Assembly (NCBI GenBank): GCA_964462185.1
Contig: CAYWWV010000005.1
Coordinates: forward strand, 11,139-64,002
Direction of reading: 5' to 3'
Source of the DNA: an uncultured Candidatus Bathyarchaeia archaeon
Lineage (GTDB): Archaea; Thermoproteota; Bathyarchaeia; TCS64
DNA length: 52,864 bases
The notes under the pieces are model-generated. The model did no database searches. It worked only from the letters and a program-made list of their open reading frames with translations, and had not been told where the DNA came from. Made by a program: the position numbers and the translations under genes. Shown here piece after piece: positions 52,798 through 52,864 of this stretch (positions are counted from its first letter, which is position 1; every line of letters starts with the position of its first letter).

Positions 52798-52864
52798 ATG
52801 AGCCAGCCCTGCACCAAGTGCCGGTCCCAGCCAGCCATCTACCACCGGCCATACTCGGGGGAGC
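52798..52864 (+). CDS. TtuA/NcsA-like tRNA 2-thiolation protein, N-terminal fragment (runs off the window)
   Basis: MSQPCTKCRSQPAIYHRPYSGE matches the N-terminal zinc-finger start of TtuA (C.KC...A......sg..LC). A TTTTTAAA box lies at 52768-52775, about 27 nt upstream. Only 22 codons are visible. Confidence 0.45.
   Translation, partial: MSQPCTKCRSQPAIYHRPYSGE

Noticed and set aside
1-52864. CRISPR arrays, transposases/IS elements, integrases, toxin-antitoxin pairs and rRNA genes.
   Set aside because: I saw no regularly spaced direct repeats, no DDE/tyrosine-recombinase-like translations, no small paired TA-like ORFs and no rRNA-like segments on either strand. The only dispersed repeat found is the 22-nt pair reported above.

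Overview
This 52.9-kb window looks like chromosome from a high-GC archaeon, probably a thermophile of the TACK/Thermoproteota type, though that placement is inference. The archaeal signals are Trm1, IorAB, a split class-I fumarase, Hdr proteins, DUF123, and a SAMP-type MoaD/ThiS protein ending in GG. CTTTAAC/TTTAAA boxes also sit about 22-30 nt upstream of many start codons. I support about 55 protein genes, one tRNA-Ala(UGC), one TPP riboswitch, two pseudogenes and one 22-nt inverted repeat pair. I saw no rRNA, CRISPR array, transposase or integrase. Most genes are ordinary metabolism. They include leuA/C/D-type genes, purD, peptidases of families S9, S15, M20 and C45, two amidohydrolases, IorAB, a threonine aldolase and malic enzyme. 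Housekeeping genes include trm1, rlmE, an Lhr helicase, scpB, trx and ybaK. The strongest candidate for something undescribed is a tightly packed minus-strand operon at 44907-50923. It combines a split thiol:fumarate-reductase-like module (SdhA/FrdA-like, SdhB-like, HdrB-like CCG protein), an HdrC-like protein and an HdrA fused to a cysteine-less MvhD-like domain. Malic enzyme and a divergent fumarase flank it. Other points of interest: (1) a TPP riboswitch in front of thiT; (2) a compositionally foreign, decaying left 5.9 kb; (3) a roughly 20-25% GC islet beside the tRNA; (4) a perfect 22-nt C-rich inverted repeat pair lying next to both low-GC regions; (5) an uncharacterised three-gene cassette (nuclease-like protein, small membrane protein, and a zinc-ribbon/TM/alpha-crystallin-like protein); (6) a rubrerythrin gene remnant. 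All homology calls come from by-eye motif recognition on the supplied translations. No searches were run. GC values are rough spot counts of single 60-nt lines.
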